From the NCBI GenBank assembly GCA_951813535.1, contig OX638345.1, forward strand, positions 2,899,477 to 2,963,476: 64,000 nucleotides of DNA, in the 5' to 3' direction. A program made the translations under genes and the position numbers. Every line of letters begins with the position of its first letter. Position 1 is the first letter of the stretch. The notes beneath the pieces were generated by a model that had not been told where the DNA came from, ran no database searches, and was given only the letters and a program-made list of their open reading frames with translations. The stretch comes from an uncultured Dehalococcoidia bacterium. GTDB lineage: Bacteria; Chloroflexota; Dehalococcoidia; Lucifugimonadales; UBA3495. Below are positions 52,427 to 62,262 of the stretch, piece after piece.

Positions 52427-54496
52427 TCACAGCCAACGGCGGAACCAATCCAGCATGCGTTGCAGGTATTCCTGCCGCAACGCAACGTGTCCGGTTCGGA
52501 GAAAACCGTGCCCGCAGCCGGGGAAGCGGACCATTTCGACCTCTTTGTCCAGCCGCTTCAGGACCTGGAAATACTGTTCGCTCTGCCCGATCGGACACCG
52601 CGCGTCGGATTCGCCGTGCAGCAGGAGGACCGGCGTTTCGACCTGCGGAGCGAACTTGATGGGGGAACGCTGGAGCAAGCGGTATGCGAGGGTATCCACG
52701 CCCTCGGCCAATTCGCTGGCCAGGTTCCGGCTGATGGGCATACCGCCAGCCAGGCGGATGGCCCACTGCGTCTCGCCGAAGCTGGTGGCGATGTCGGAAG
52801 TGCCGTACATGGTCCACAGGTCGATGCACGGAGCGCCGGCCACGGCCGCACGGAACCGGCCGGTTTGGCCGATCATCCAGGTGGTCATGTATCCGCCGTA
52901 GCTGTACCCGTGAACGCCTAGCCGGTCGGTGTCCACGTAGTCACGCTGGCATACCGCGTCGACGGCCGCCATCAGGTCACGAAAGTCGTCGCCGCCCCAA
53001 TCCCCCAGCACCGCGTTGACGAACTCTTCGCCGTAGGTAGAAGAGCCGCGAGGGTTCACCGCGAGGGTGAGGTAACCGGCGCCGGCCAGCACCTGATGCC
53101 ACGGCACGAAGGAATCGTAAAATGCCCCATTGGGGCCTCCGTGAATTTCGAGCACCAGCGGGTAGCGTTGTGTTGGGTCAAAGTCGGGCGGATGGTACAG
53201 GCGGCACTCGATATCCCAGTCCTCCCGCTCCAAAAGAAACTTCTCCATGGGCGCAGGCGTGTGCTTGGCCAGCCAACCGTCATTGTGAGCCGTGAGGCGC
53301 CGTCGGCTCGGTTGGCCCGGCTCGGAGTCACGCTCGATCAGGTAGGCATCCGACGGACTTGCCGGGTCCGAACCGGTCACCACCAGACGCCGTGCCCGGC
53401 AGTCCATGGCGACGCCGGAGAGCAGTTCACCTCCGACGGTGACAGCGAACGGAACGTCGCCTTCATCCGGCCCAACAGCCGTTTCGTAGAGCTTAGTTTC
53501 GCCCTCGGAGTCGCCCAGGAAGAGGATCCGACCGTCACACCCATCCTCCGCCAACCATCGGAGTTCAAGGGGAGGGAAGATGCCCGGGTACCCAAGACAG
53601 GGACGCAGGCTGTCGTCGGTCAATTGCCGGGGAGGACCGCCCGGCTCCAGCACGTAAAGATATGCCTGCCACAGCACCATCAGGCCGTCGCCGGTTCCAC
53701 CGGCGGCCAGCAGGCGGTCGCCATCGGGCGCCCAGGAGACGGCAGCCACGTCCGCCAGACCGTGCGAACGTAGCTCGGGCTCGGGGGGGTCGCCCTCTGG
53801 CGTGACGCCATCGGGAACCGACACGACGTAGACTTCGTTGGTGGCGGTAACGTCCCGGTCGCCGGAACGACCAGATATGAAGGCGATGCGACTACCGTCC
53901 GGCGACCATGCGGGAGCCATGTCATCCCAATCGCCAGAGGTGAGTTGAACGCATCCGCCGGTTTCTGCATCAACCAGGAACAGGTGAAAATGGCTGTCAC
54001 CCCGCCAGCCGATGGCGTCGTGCCGGTAACGGATGCGGCGCACCTCCCGGGCGACGGGCAGGTCCGGCTCCTTGGGGGGTTCCGTTGGCGACACGTCCGA
54101 CACCAGGGCCAACCGATCAGAATCCGGTGACCACGCGAACTCTCTGACACCACCGGTCAGGTGTGTCAGTTGTGCAGCTTCGCCTCCGCCGGCGGGCATC
54201 AACCAGACCTGGCGCGTGGAGTCGGCATCGTCAGCGCCGGGACGCAGGAAAGCCAGGACTGCGCCGTCGGGCGAGAAGCGGGGATGCCCATCGTTGCTTC
54301 CCTGCGTGAACGGCCGAGGCGTTCCGTCACCGGCTGCGGCGTCCAGACCCACCTGGTAAATGCGCGCCCGAGGCTCCAGGCTTTCCTGATCGATCCAGGA
54401 GAGCACATACGCGCACCTGCTCCCATCGGATGAGACCGTGGGGTCGCCAACTGATTTCAGGTGCCGGAAGAGGTCTGGGCCTATGGGTTCATACAT
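52427..54496 (-). CDS. S9 family serine peptidase (beta-propeller + alpha/beta hydrolase)
   Basis: TolB-like propeller repeats (SPDG.. motifs), then the GYSYGGYM nucleophile elbow and a C-terminal D/H region. Confidence 0.85.
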   Translation of the reverse strand: MYEPIGPDLFRHLKSVGDPTVSSDGSRCAYVLSWIDQESLEPRARIYQVGLDAAAGDGTPRPFTQGSNDGHPRFSPDGAVLAFLRPGADDADSTRQVWLMPAGGGEAAQLTHLTGGVREFAWSPDSDRLALVSDVSPTEPPKEPDLPVAREVRRIRYRHDAIGWRGDSHFHLFLVDAETGGCVQLTSGDWDDMAPAWSPDGSRIAFISGRSGDRDVTATNEVYVVSVPDGVTPEGDPPEPELRSHGLADVAAVSWAPDGDRLLAAGGTGDGLMVLWQAYLYVLEPGGPPRQLTDDSLRPCLGYPGIFPPLELRWLAEDGCDGRILFLGDSEGETKLYETAVGPDEGDVPFAVTVGGELLSGVAMDCRARRLVVTGSDPASPSDAYLIERDSEPGQPSRRRLTAHNDGWLAKHTPAPMEKFLLEREDWDIECRLYHPPDFDPTQRYPLVLEIHGGPNGAFYDSFVPWHQVLAGAGYLTLAVNPRGSSTYGEEFVNAVLGDWGGDDFRDLMAAVDAVCQRDYVDTDRLGVHGYSYGGYMTTWMIGQTGRFRAAVAGAPCIDLWTMYGTSDIATSFGETQWAIRLAGGMPISRNLASELAEGVDTLAYRLLQRSPIKFAPQVETPVLLLHGESDARCPIGQSEQYFQVLKRLDKEVEMVRFPGCGHGFLRTGHVALRQEYLQRMLDWFRRWL

Positions 54497-54679
54497 GAGA
54501 GCAGCCTATGAGTTGTGCGGCCGGACGGCGGGGTTGCGGGTACGCCCGTATTCTAACGCATCGAAGGCGACAAACCAGAATGCCTACACTTCACTATCTG
54601 GCGCGGAACTACCGCATGGCCGGTGCGGGGAATCACGCCGCAGTTGCAGCGTAGCCGCAGCAAATCCGGGTACCCGTTA

Positions 54680-54688
54680 TGCTAGAAT
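54680..54688 (+). promoter_or_regulatory. extended -10 element TGcTAGAAT for metG
   Basis: TGCTAGAAT 41 nt upstream of GTG 54729. Confidence 0.45.
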
Positions 54689-54728
54689 TGAACTCCCCTT
54701 TCAGCCATCGGATTTATGGAGGGTTACC

Positions 54729-56414
54729 GTGCCCGAGCGCATCTTGATAGGTGTCGCGTGGCCCTACGCCAACGGCCCGCTGCACATGGGACACGTCGCC
54801 GGCTGCTATCTCGCCGCCGATATTTTCGCCCGCTATCACCGCATGAAGGGCAACGACGTGCTGATGGTATCAGGCTCCGACGCGCATGGCACGCCCATAA
54901 CCATACGAGCCGACCAGGAAGGAATCGCACCCCAGGAAGTGCTGGAGCGGTACCACGCGCAGTTCCTGGACACCTGGAAGCGGCTGGGGATTTCCTTTGA
55001 CCTGTTCACGTCAACGCACACGGCAAACCACCAGGAGGTGGTGCAGGACTTTTTCCTGCGGCTGAAGGAGCAGGGCTACATTTATCCCGACACCATGTTG
55101 CTGGCCCACTGCGTCGGCTGCGACCGATTCCTGCCCGATCGCTACGTGGAAGGCACCTGCCCGCATTGCCGGAACGAAAAGGCGAGAGGCGATCAGTGTG
55201 ACAACTGCGGGCACACCCTGGACCCGATCGATCTGGTGACCCCCTATTGCAGCATCTGCGGGGCGACGCCCGACTTTCGCGATTCGGAACATTTCTTCCT
55301 GAAGCTGTCCGCCTTCCAGGAACCGCTTCTGGAGTGGATCAACCGGCAGGATCACTGGCGGCCCAACGTGGCGAATGGCACCCGCAGCTTCCTGCAGGGC
55401 GGCCTGAAAGACCGGGCGATCACCCGCGACCTCACCTGGGGAGTGCCGCTGCCTCTGGAAGGGTACGAAGAGAAGCGGATTTACGTGTGGTTCGAGGCGG
55501 TGATCGGCTACCTGTCGGCGGCAGTGGAATGGGCTTCGCGGAACGGGCATGCGGACGATTGGCAGGACTATTGGAAAGACGACAACGCCAGGTCGTACTA
55601 CTTCATCGGCAAGGACAACATCCCGTTCCACAGCATCATCTGGCCGGCCATGCTCATGGGATACGGCGGTCTGAACCTGCCCTACGACGTGCCCGCCAAC
55701 GAGTTCCTGAGCCTGGAGAGCCGCAAGTTCTCCACCAGCCAGAACTGGGCAGTCTGGGTGCCCGACTATCTCGATCGATATGATCCTGACCCACTGCGCT
55801 ACCTGCTGTCGATCAATATGCCGGAGACGGGCGATACTGACTTTAGCTGGAGCGAGTTCGTCCGGCGCAACAACGACGAACTCGTGGCAACCTACGGCAA
55901 CCTGGTCAACCGGGTGCTCCGGTTCACCTACCGCAACTTTGATGGACAGGTCCCGGTGGAAGCCGCCGCTCCAGAGGACGCGGAACATGCGTTGATGCTG
56001 ACGGCGCGAGAGGCAATGGCCGCAGTAGATGACAGCCTCAGCCACACGCGTTTTCGCGCTGGCATCAGCCAGGCCTTCGGGTTGGCCCAGGAATGCAACC
56101 GGTATCTCGACGCCAGGGCGCCCTGGCAGGCGATCAAGGAAGATCGGGCGCACGCGGCCCGTTCGCTGGGCACGACCATCCAGGTGCTCAATTGCCTGAA
56201 GGTCATGCTGTCGCCGTATCTCCCGTTCACCAGCCAGAAGTTGCATGGGTTCCTCGGATTCGACGGAGACGTCACCGACGAGCCGTGGGACTTCGACGCG
56301 TTGGTCGGGGCCATCAAGCCGGGCGGCATGTTGCGGAACCCGTCCAACCTCTACACCAAGCTGGACGACGACGTGGCCGAGCAGGAAGCCAGCCAGCTGG
56401 GCGTCTCCGCCTGA
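54729..56414 (+). CDS. metG: methionyl-tRNA synthetase
   Basis: GTG 54729 has GGAGGG 6 nt upstream. PYANGPLHMGHVAG (HIGH), CPHC...CDNCG zinc knuckle and KFSTS (KMSKS). The listed start 54438 overlaps the peptidase gene on the other strand. Confidence 0.9.
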   Translation: MPERILIGVAWPYANGPLHMGHVAGCYLAADIFARYHRMKGNDVLMVSGSDAHGTPITIRADQEGIAPQEVLERYHAQFLDTWKRLGISFDLFTSTHTANHQEVVQDFFLRLKEQGYIYPDTMLLAHCVGCDRFLPDRYVEGTCPHCRNEKARGDQCDNCGHTLDPIDLVTPYCSICGATPDFRDSEHFFLKLSAFQEPLLEWINRQDHWRPNVANGTRSFLQGGLKDRAITRDLTWGVPLPLEGYEEKRIYVWFEAVIGYLSAAVEWASRNGHADDWQDYWKDDNARSYYFIGKDNIPFHSIIWPAMLMGYGGLNLPYDVPANEFLSLESRKFSTSQNWAVWVPDYLDRYDPDPLRYLLSINMPETGDTDFSWSEFVRRNNDELVATYGNLVNRVLRFTYRNFDGQVPVEAAAPEDAEHALMLTAREAMAAVDDSLSHTRFRAGISQAFGLAQECNRYLDARAPWQAIKEDRAHAARSLGTTIQVLNCLKVMLSPYLPFTSQKLHGFLGFDGDVTDEPWDFDALVGAIKPGGMLRNPSNLYTKLDDDVAEQEASQLGVSA

Positions 56415-56440
56415 TCCCTCCCCTGCCTGAGCGATCCACA

Positions 56441-57439
56441 GTGCAGACCGGGCTGGACCTGCAAACCGTATCGATCTACGCTCCGGTGGTCGACCAGCTG
56501 GCCCAGGTCGAGGAACAGCTGTACGAGCTGTGCCAGACCGACATCGCCGACCTGGACCCGCTCCTGGACTACGCCCTGCGCTCCGGAGGCAAGCGGGTCC
56601 GTCCCGCGCTGACCCTGCTGGCGGCGGAGTTTCACGAGCACGAGCGGAAACTCTCCCTGATCATGGCGGCGGCCGTCGAACTTCTGCACCTGGCGACACT
56701 GATCCACGACGACACGGTGGACAACGCCGGCCTGCGCCGGGGCAAGCCGACCATCAACAAGATGTACGGCAATCACGTCGCCGTGCTGCTGGGTGACTAC
56801 CTGTTCGCCACGTCCGCGACTTTCGTCTGCGATACGGGGGTAATCCGGGTTATCCGCAGGTTTTCGGAAACGATCATGGAACTGGCCAGCGGGCAACTGA
56901 TCGAGTTTTTCACCACCTTTGACCCTTCGAAGGCCCGCCGGCTGTATGACGAGCGCATCTACCGCAAAACCGCGTCCCTGTTCTGCACGTCCGCCGAGAC
57001 CGGGTCCATACTCAGCGGCGCGCCGGAGAACCAGGTGCAGGCGCTGCGCCGGTACGGATACAACGTGGGCATGGCATTCCAGATCGTCGACGACCTGCTG
57101 GACATCCAGGGCGACGCCACCGAAATCGGCAAGCCCGTGGGCAACGACCTGCTGCAGGGTGTTCTGACGCTGCCCACGATCATGTTGATGGAAAGATACC
57201 CTGAAGACCACCCGATCGACACTCTTTTCACTTCCATCACCAACGGCGGCTCGGACGTGGACCATCTGTTGCAGAAGTCGCTGGACATGATTGACGGGTC
57301 CGGCATCGTGCCCGACTGCTTCGCGGTGATTCGCGACTACTGCGCCGAAGCCGCTGCGGCATTGGACCTTCTGCCTGACTGCGCGGCCCGGCGGTCGCTG
57401 TTGGAAATGGTGGACTACATCCGCGAGAGGTCGCGCTGA
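56441..57439 (+). CDS. polyprenyl diphosphate synthase (long-chain, hepta/octaprenyl-type)
   Basis: LIHDDTVDNAGLRRG (first DDxxD) and FQIVDDLLD (second). GTG 56441 follows the metG stop. Confidence 0.85.
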   Translation: MQTGLDLQTVSIYAPVVDQLAQVEEQLYELCQTDIADLDPLLDYALRSGGKRVRPALTLLAAEFHEHERKLSLIMAAAVELLHLATLIHDDTVDNAGLRRGKPTINKMYGNHVAVLLGDYLFATSATFVCDTGVIRVIRRFSETIMELASGQLIEFFTTFDPSKARRLYDERIYRKTASLFCTSAETGSILSGAPENQVQALRRYGYNVGMAFQIVDDLLDIQGDATEIGKPVGNDLLQGVLTLPTIMLMERYPEDHPIDTLFTSITNGGSDVDHLLQKSLDMIDGSGIVPDCFAVIRDYCAEAAAALDLLPDCAARRSLLEMVDYIRERSR

Positions 57440-57624
57440 GGGAAAGTAGCCGCGGCCGGCGGACCGGGGCCTGAGCAAAGGCGACTCCCAATGTGGCGTT
57501 CCGGGCGATGGCGATCCGGTACCCGGCATCCCTCCCACGCACGCGAGTGGTCGATCCCGTATAGTTGCGGCGGGCGTACCGCGATGGCGCCATTTCAATT
57601 CAGGCACGCTGATGGAGTAATACC

Positions 57625-58875
57625 ATGACCTCACCTGCCAACGTTGTATCGAACCTGCAACCGCTGCCGCTGGAAGGGCTCCGCGTTCTGGACGCCACCC
57701 ACATCGTGGCCGGGCCGTTCTGCTCCATGATCCTGGCGGACATGGGCGCGGAGGTGATCAAGATCGAAAGGCCGGGCATCGGAGACCAGGCGCGCCGGAA
57801 CGAGCCTTTCGTGGAAGGTCCGGACGGTTCTCAGGTCAGCGCGCGCTATCTTGGGGTCAACCGCAATAAGAAAAGTGTATCCCTGGACCTGAGAGACCCG
57901 GTCGGCAAACGCGCTTTCGAAAACATGCTCCGGGTATCCGACGTGCTACTGGACAACTGGGGGCCAGGCGCCATGGCCCGCCTTGGGTTCAGCTACGAAC
58001 GGCTCAGCGAAATCAACCCCGGTCTGGTCTACACCAGTATCAGCGGTTACGGCGACAGCGACGGGATGCGCGGACCCTACTCCAACTGGCCGGCCAACAA
58101 CCCCTGCGTCCAGGGCATGGGCGGCTGGATGGCGACCACGGGGACGCCAGAGAGCGGGCCCCAGATGGTGGGCGACAACATGGGCGACTCGGTGCCGGCG
58201 GTGTGGTCCGCCCTGGGCGTCATGCTGGCGTTGGAGTCGCGTCGAAAGACCGGCCGAGGGCAGCACGTCGACATGGCGATGTACGACTGTATGGCGGCTC
58301 ATACCACCAGCAGCATGCCGCTGTTCCAGTCCACCGGGCAAGTGACCACCACGGCCCGCGAGAACATGTTTTCGGCGCAACTCACCCTGCGCGCGTCGGA
58401 TGGGTTCGTGGTCCTGGCCGGCGCGGGCAACGCCGACGACAAGTGGACCGCCATGTGGAACCTCGTCGGTCGGCCCGAACTGGCCGCCGATCCGCGCTAT
58501 CTGGGTCGCGGCGTGACCGGACCCTTCTACACCAGCCACATCGTGCCCGCAATCGAGGAGTGGTCCCAGAACATTCCCAAGCGCGAGCTGAATCAGCACC
58601 TGCTGGATTGCGGGTTTTCCATGGGCATCGTGCAGGACGCGGCAGACCTGGACAGCTGTCCGCACCTGGAAACCCGTAACATGTTCGTGGATAGCGGGGA
58701 TACCTACGGTCAGCCCTTCCGAACGGTCAACACGCCGGTGCAGCTAACCGGATGCGTCGATACGCCGGCGAACCCGCCGCCAACGCTGGGTCAGCACAAC
58801 CGTGACGTCCTGTGTACCATCGGCGGACTGACGCAGCAGGAAGTAGCCCAACTGGAATCCGAGGGCAAAGCTTAA
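57625..58875 (+). CDS. CaiB/BaiF family (class III) CoA-transferase
   Basis: PLEGLRVLDATHIVAGPFCSMILADMGAEVIKIE signature. 416 aa. Confidence 0.85.
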   Translation: MTSPANVVSNLQPLPLEGLRVLDATHIVAGPFCSMILADMGAEVIKIERPGIGDQARRNEPFVEGPDGSQVSARYLGVNRNKKSVSLDLRDPVGKRAFENMLRVSDVLLDNWGPGAMARLGFSYERLSEINPGLVYTSISGYGDSDGMRGPYSNWPANNPCVQGMGGWMATTGTPESGPQMVGDNMGDSVPAVWSALGVMLALESRRKTGRGQHVDMAMYDCMAAHTTSSMPLFQSTGQVTTTARENMFSAQLTLRASDGFVVLAGAGNADDKWTAMWNLVGRPELAADPRYLGRGVTGPFYTSHIVPAIEEWSQNIPKRELNQHLLDCGFSMGIVQDAADLDSCPHLETRNMFVDSGDTYGQPFRTVNTPVQLTGCVDTPANPPPTLGQHNRDVLCTIGGLTQQEVAQLESEGKA

Positions 58876-58923
58876 CGGCTGGCGCCGGACCGATCGAAAT
58901 GCTCCCGGGGTCCGGCGGGCCGG

Positions 58924-58932
58924 TGATAGAAT
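58924..58932 (+). promoter_or_regulatory. extended -10 element TGaTAGAAT for hisS
   Basis: TGATAGAAT about 186 nt upstream of ATG 59118. Confidence 0.4.
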
Positions 58933-59117
58933 GAAACGCGGACACGCTTTTCACCTCGCCTGGTCGGACCATTCGGTTGCCCCGTGCGCTGCGCCGTTGA
59001 CCGGAACCGCTCACCTGGCCAAGGAACGCCGCTGAATTCGGGAAACCCCGCGTCCGCACATGGTTACGGTTCGCGAGATGTTTGCTCGGCCAATGCCCAA
59101 GGAGTGTTGACAACGCC

Positions 59118-60374
59118 ATGCCCACCTTTCAGGCCCCCCGGGGTACCGCCGACCGCCTGCCCGCAGAGCAAAAATACTGGCGTTACATCGAGTCCCACGC
59201 CACCGGTGTGGCGAGGCGTTTCGGCTACGGCAGAATTGACAGCCCGATGTTCGAGGACGCCGGGCTCTTCGTGCGTGGCGTCGGCGAAGGGACGGACATC
59301 GTTGAGAAAGAGATGTACGTCTTCGAGGACCGCGGCGGCGACCAACTGACCCTCAGGGCAGAAGGGACGGCCCCGGTGTGCCGGGCATACCTCGAACACG
59401 GGATGCACAACCAGGCGCAGCCGGTTCGGATGTACTACCTGTGCCCGGTTTTCCGCTACGAACGGCCGCAGGCCGGCCGGTTCCGGCAGCACCACCAGTT
59501 CGGCGTCGAGGCCATCGGAGACGGCGACCCATCGGTGGACGCAGAGGTAATTGAGCTGGCCTGGACGTTCATACACGGCATCGGTCTCTCGGACATCACG
59601 CTGCTGACCAACAGCATCGGTGACGCGCAGTGCCGTCCGGAATACATCGCGGCCCTGAAGTCCTATTACGAAGGCCAGACCAGCAACCTGTGCCCGGACT
59701 GTCGGCAACGCCTGGGCCGAAATCCCCTGAGGCTCCTTGACTGCAAAGTGGAGACTTGCCGCGCGCTGGGCGAGGAAGCCCCGAAGTCGGTGGAGTGCCT
59801 GTGCGCCGAGTGCCAGATTCACTGGGACCGAGTCCGCTCCTACCTGGACGCGGCGGGCATACCCAACCGGGTGGACCACCGACTGGTGAGGGGACTTGAC
59901 TACTACACGCGCACGGTGTTCGAGATCCAGCCGGCGGTGGAAGGAGCGCAGTCCACCATCTGCGGAGGCGGGCGGTACGACGGGTTGATCGAGCAGTTGG
60001 GCGGAAGGCCCACGCCCGGGATCGGTTTCGGCAGCGGTATAGAGCGGCTGGCGCTGAACCTGCGGCGCGCCGAGACCTCGGTTCCCGATGAACCGTCTCC
60101 CCGCTACCTCATCGCAACCATCGGCGAGGATGCTCGCGTGGAGGGCGTTCGGCTGGCAAGCCGGATGCGCAACGCCGGAGTCGGGGCAATCCTGGCCAAC
60201 GGCGGCCGGGCTCTGCGAGGTCAAATGCGACAGGCCAACGCGCTGGCCGTGGCCGCCACGCTGATCATCGGCGAAGATGAGGTGCGGGACGGAACCGTGG
60301 TGGTCCGGGACATGCAGACCTCCAGCCAGGAAACGGTTCCGGTTGATCAGTTCCTCCAGCAGGCCGCCGGGTAA
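59118..60374 (+). CDS. hisS: histidyl-tRNA synthetase
   Basis: MPTFQAPRGTADRLP..., LRAEGTAPVCRAY, FRYERPQAGRFRQHHQFG and GGGRYDGL class II motifs. Confidence 0.9.
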   Translation: MPTFQAPRGTADRLPAEQKYWRYIESHATGVARRFGYGRIDSPMFEDAGLFVRGVGEGTDIVEKEMYVFEDRGGDQLTLRAEGTAPVCRAYLEHGMHNQAQPVRMYYLCPVFRYERPQAGRFRQHHQFGVEAIGDGDPSVDAEVIELAWTFIHGIGLSDITLLTNSIGDAQCRPEYIAALKSYYEGQTSNLCPDCRQRLGRNPLRLLDCKVETCRALGEEAPKSVECLCAECQIHWDRVRSYLDAAGIPNRVDHRLVRGLDYYTRTVFEIQPAVEGAQSTICGGGRYDGLIEQLGGRPTPGIGFGSGIERLALNLRRAETSVPDEPSPRYLIATIGEDARVEGVRLASRMRNAGVGAILANGGRALRGQMRQANALAVAATLIIGEDEVRDGTVVVRDMQTSSQETVPVDQFLQQAAG

Positions 60375-60400
60375 TCCATTCGGCCCGAACCCGTGAACCG

Positions 60401-60424
60401 GGCCGGCGATATCGCCGGCCTTTT
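60401..60424 (+). terminator. rho-independent terminator of hisS
   Basis: GGCCGGCGATATCGCCGGCC is a perfect 20-nt palindrome, followed by TTTT, 27 nt after the stop. Confidence 0.75.
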
Positions 60425-60482
60425 GCATTGCATGTTGCCGCGAGAATTGGAACAAACATCCGCAAATTGGACGGCTCCGGTG

Positions 60483-60510
60483 TTGACATAGAACAGGCGT
60501 TTGTTAGAAC
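60483..60510 (+). promoter_or_regulatory. promoter TTGACA-N16-(TGt)TAGAAC
   Basis: Perfect -35 at 60483..60488, TGt at 60502..60504 and TAGAAC at 60505..60510, 46 nt upstream of ATG 60557. Confidence 0.55.
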
Positions 60511-60556
60511 ATACGCTCAACACAAATGCGCTGCGACCAGCGCGACAGGAGCTGAA

Positions 60557-60865
60557 ATGAGCACTTCCATCCGCAATAGCGTAATCGACGCGACCCACGC
60601 CGTGGCCACCTCCCGCATCCCGGCCGGCGGACGCCGGATATCCTACCGGGGATACCTCATCCACGGGGAGGTCCCGTCGATCTGCTACGTGATCTACGGA
60701 CGCAACGGGTTCGGCCAGCTGACCGAACTGGGCGCCACCCGCAGCTTTCCCGACGCCATGAGGTGGGTCGACAAACATCTGGCCAACCTGGTGGGGATGA
60801 TCCCGGCGGGAGTGCAGCAAGCCCGTACCCCGGAGGCTCATGACGAATTCCGGGCCGCCGCCTGA
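60557..60865 (+). CDS. hypothetical 102-aa protein
   Basis: ATG has AGGAG 5 nt upstream and a dedicated promoter. No motif recognised. The listed ORF start 60428 lies at the terminator. Confidence 0.55.
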   Translation: MSTSIRNSVIDATHAVATSRIPAGGRRISYRGYLIHGEVPSICYVIYGRNGFGQLTELGATRSFPDAMRWVDKHLANLVGMIPAGVQQARTPEAHDEFRAAA

Positions 60866-60882
60866 CCAGTGTACTTCCCTCG

Positions 60883-61599
60883 ATGGCACAGCCCGAACTG
60901 ACTATCGCGTATCGCCGGGTCGTGGATTTGACCCACCCCATACGGCCGGGGATTCCCGTTTGGCCCGGCGACCCGGCCGTCCAGTTTGAAACGGTAGCCA
61001 CCATCGAGGACGATGGGTACTTTCTACGGCAGTTCCGGATGGGCGAGCACAGCGGCACGCATGTCTCGACGCCATCGGCAATGGCGGACGATGGCGCCGG
61101 ACCGGACAGCATCTCAGCCCAGGCATTGGTTGTGCCCGCCATCGTGATCGACGCCAGGGAGGCCGCGGCCAGTGACCCGGATTACGCACTGGGCGCTGAA
61201 GACGTGATCGAATGGGAAAACCGCAACGGAACGGTCGCTGAAGGTACCTGCGTGCTGCTGTTGACCGGCTGGAACCAATATTGGGACGCGCCGGAACGGT
61301 TCATCAACCTGGGGGCGGACGGCTCGATGCATACGCCGGGATTCACCCCGGAGGCAGTGTCATTCCTGTTGGATGACCGGTCAGCGGCCGGGATCGGGAT
61401 CGACACGCACGGGGTTGACGCAGGAAGGGACGCCGGCCTGGAGGCCAGCAGGGCGGCGCTACGCAAAGGCGCCCTGGTGCTGGAGTGCCTGAACAACCTG
61501 GACCAGTTGCCAGCCACCGGAGCGACGCTGGCCATCGGGCGGTTGCCGCTGGTGGGCGGCAGCGGAAGCCCGGCAGCGGTATTGGCGCTGGCGCCCTAG
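60883..61599 (+). CDS. cyclase-family protein (kynurenine formamidase-like)
   Basis: GEHSGTHVSTP metal motif and GIDTHGVD. 238 aa. Confidence 0.75.
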   Translation: MAQPELTIAYRRVVDLTHPIRPGIPVWPGDPAVQFETVATIEDDGYFLRQFRMGEHSGTHVSTPSAMADDGAGPDSISAQALVVPAIVIDAREAAASDPDYALGAEDVIEWENRNGTVAEGTCVLLLTGWNQYWDAPERFINLGADGSMHTPGFTPEAVSFLLDDRSAAGIGIDTHGVDAGRDAGLEASRAALRKGALVLECLNNLDQLPATGATLAIGRLPLVGGSGSPAAVLALAP

Positions 61600-61703
61600 C
61601 TGCCGTCCTGGTCAACACGACAAAATCCGCCGGTGGATCGGGGCGCATCCATCGATACCCCGCCCGCCGGCGGAACCTGGGACTTACCCAGCAGGTTTGT
61701 GGG

Positions 61704-62099
61704 TTACAGGGCTCCGGCTCCGGCGGAAGCGCACTGCTCGTCCTCTTCGCTGGTACCGCCGCCGACACCGCAGGCTCCCACAACCGCGCCGCCCTGCACG
61801 ATGGGAACCGCGCCCTGGCCGAAGATCATCTCGGAACCGGAACGCTCGCGGATGCCGGCCGGCGTGGGAGCGGTGGCCCGGTCCTGCATCTCGCCGCTGG
61901 GTCGTCCGAACGCGGCCGATGCAACGGCTTTGCCCTGGCAGCCGTATGCCGACGCCCAGATCGCCCCATCCATGCGCTGCACGCCGATAAGTCGGCCCCC
62001 GGCGTCCACCACGGCCACGCTGATCTTGATATTGAGTTCCTCCGCCTGGGCGATGGCCGCCGCCATGATCCGGTTGCTGTCTGAGAGTGTCAGTGCCAT
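61704..62099 (-). CDS. GlcG/HbpS-like heme-binding protein (DUF336)
   Basis: ATG 62099 gives MALTLSD.... VAVVDAGG and GGAVVGACGVGGGTSEEDEQCA match the DUF336 pattern. Confidence 0.7.
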   Translation of the reverse strand: MALTLSDSNRIMAAAIAQAEELNIKISVAVVDAGGRLIGVQRMDGAIWASAYGCQGKAVASAAFGRPSGEMQDRATAPTPAGIRERSGSEMIFGQGAVPIVQGGAVVGACGVGGGTSEEDEQCASAGAGAL

Positions 62100-62217
62100 T
62101 CTTTGCCTCCTGTGTGCAATCGGCCTGTGGCCGTTAATCGGTTCACCATCATAGATGCCCACCGGGTGCCCGGCAACAATGCCAGGCCAGGCAATACCCG
62201 GGAAAAGGGGCGGCGAG

Positions 62218-62226
62218 TGCTATACT
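62218..62226 (+). promoter_or_regulatory. extended -10 element TGcTATACT for hisF
   Basis: TGCTATACT 37 nt upstream of GTG 62263. Confidence 0.45.
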
Positions 62227-62262
62227 GTTCCAGCAATTCGCCGCGACACCCTTACGCCCGAC

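Noticed and set aside
54497-54728. T-box leaders upstream of metG (54497..54728) and hisS (58876..59117).
   Set aside because: Both leaders are long, but neither contains the T-box sequence (AATTAGGGTGGTACCGCG-like) or a specifier-loop/terminator arrangement. Simple extended -10 promoters explain them.
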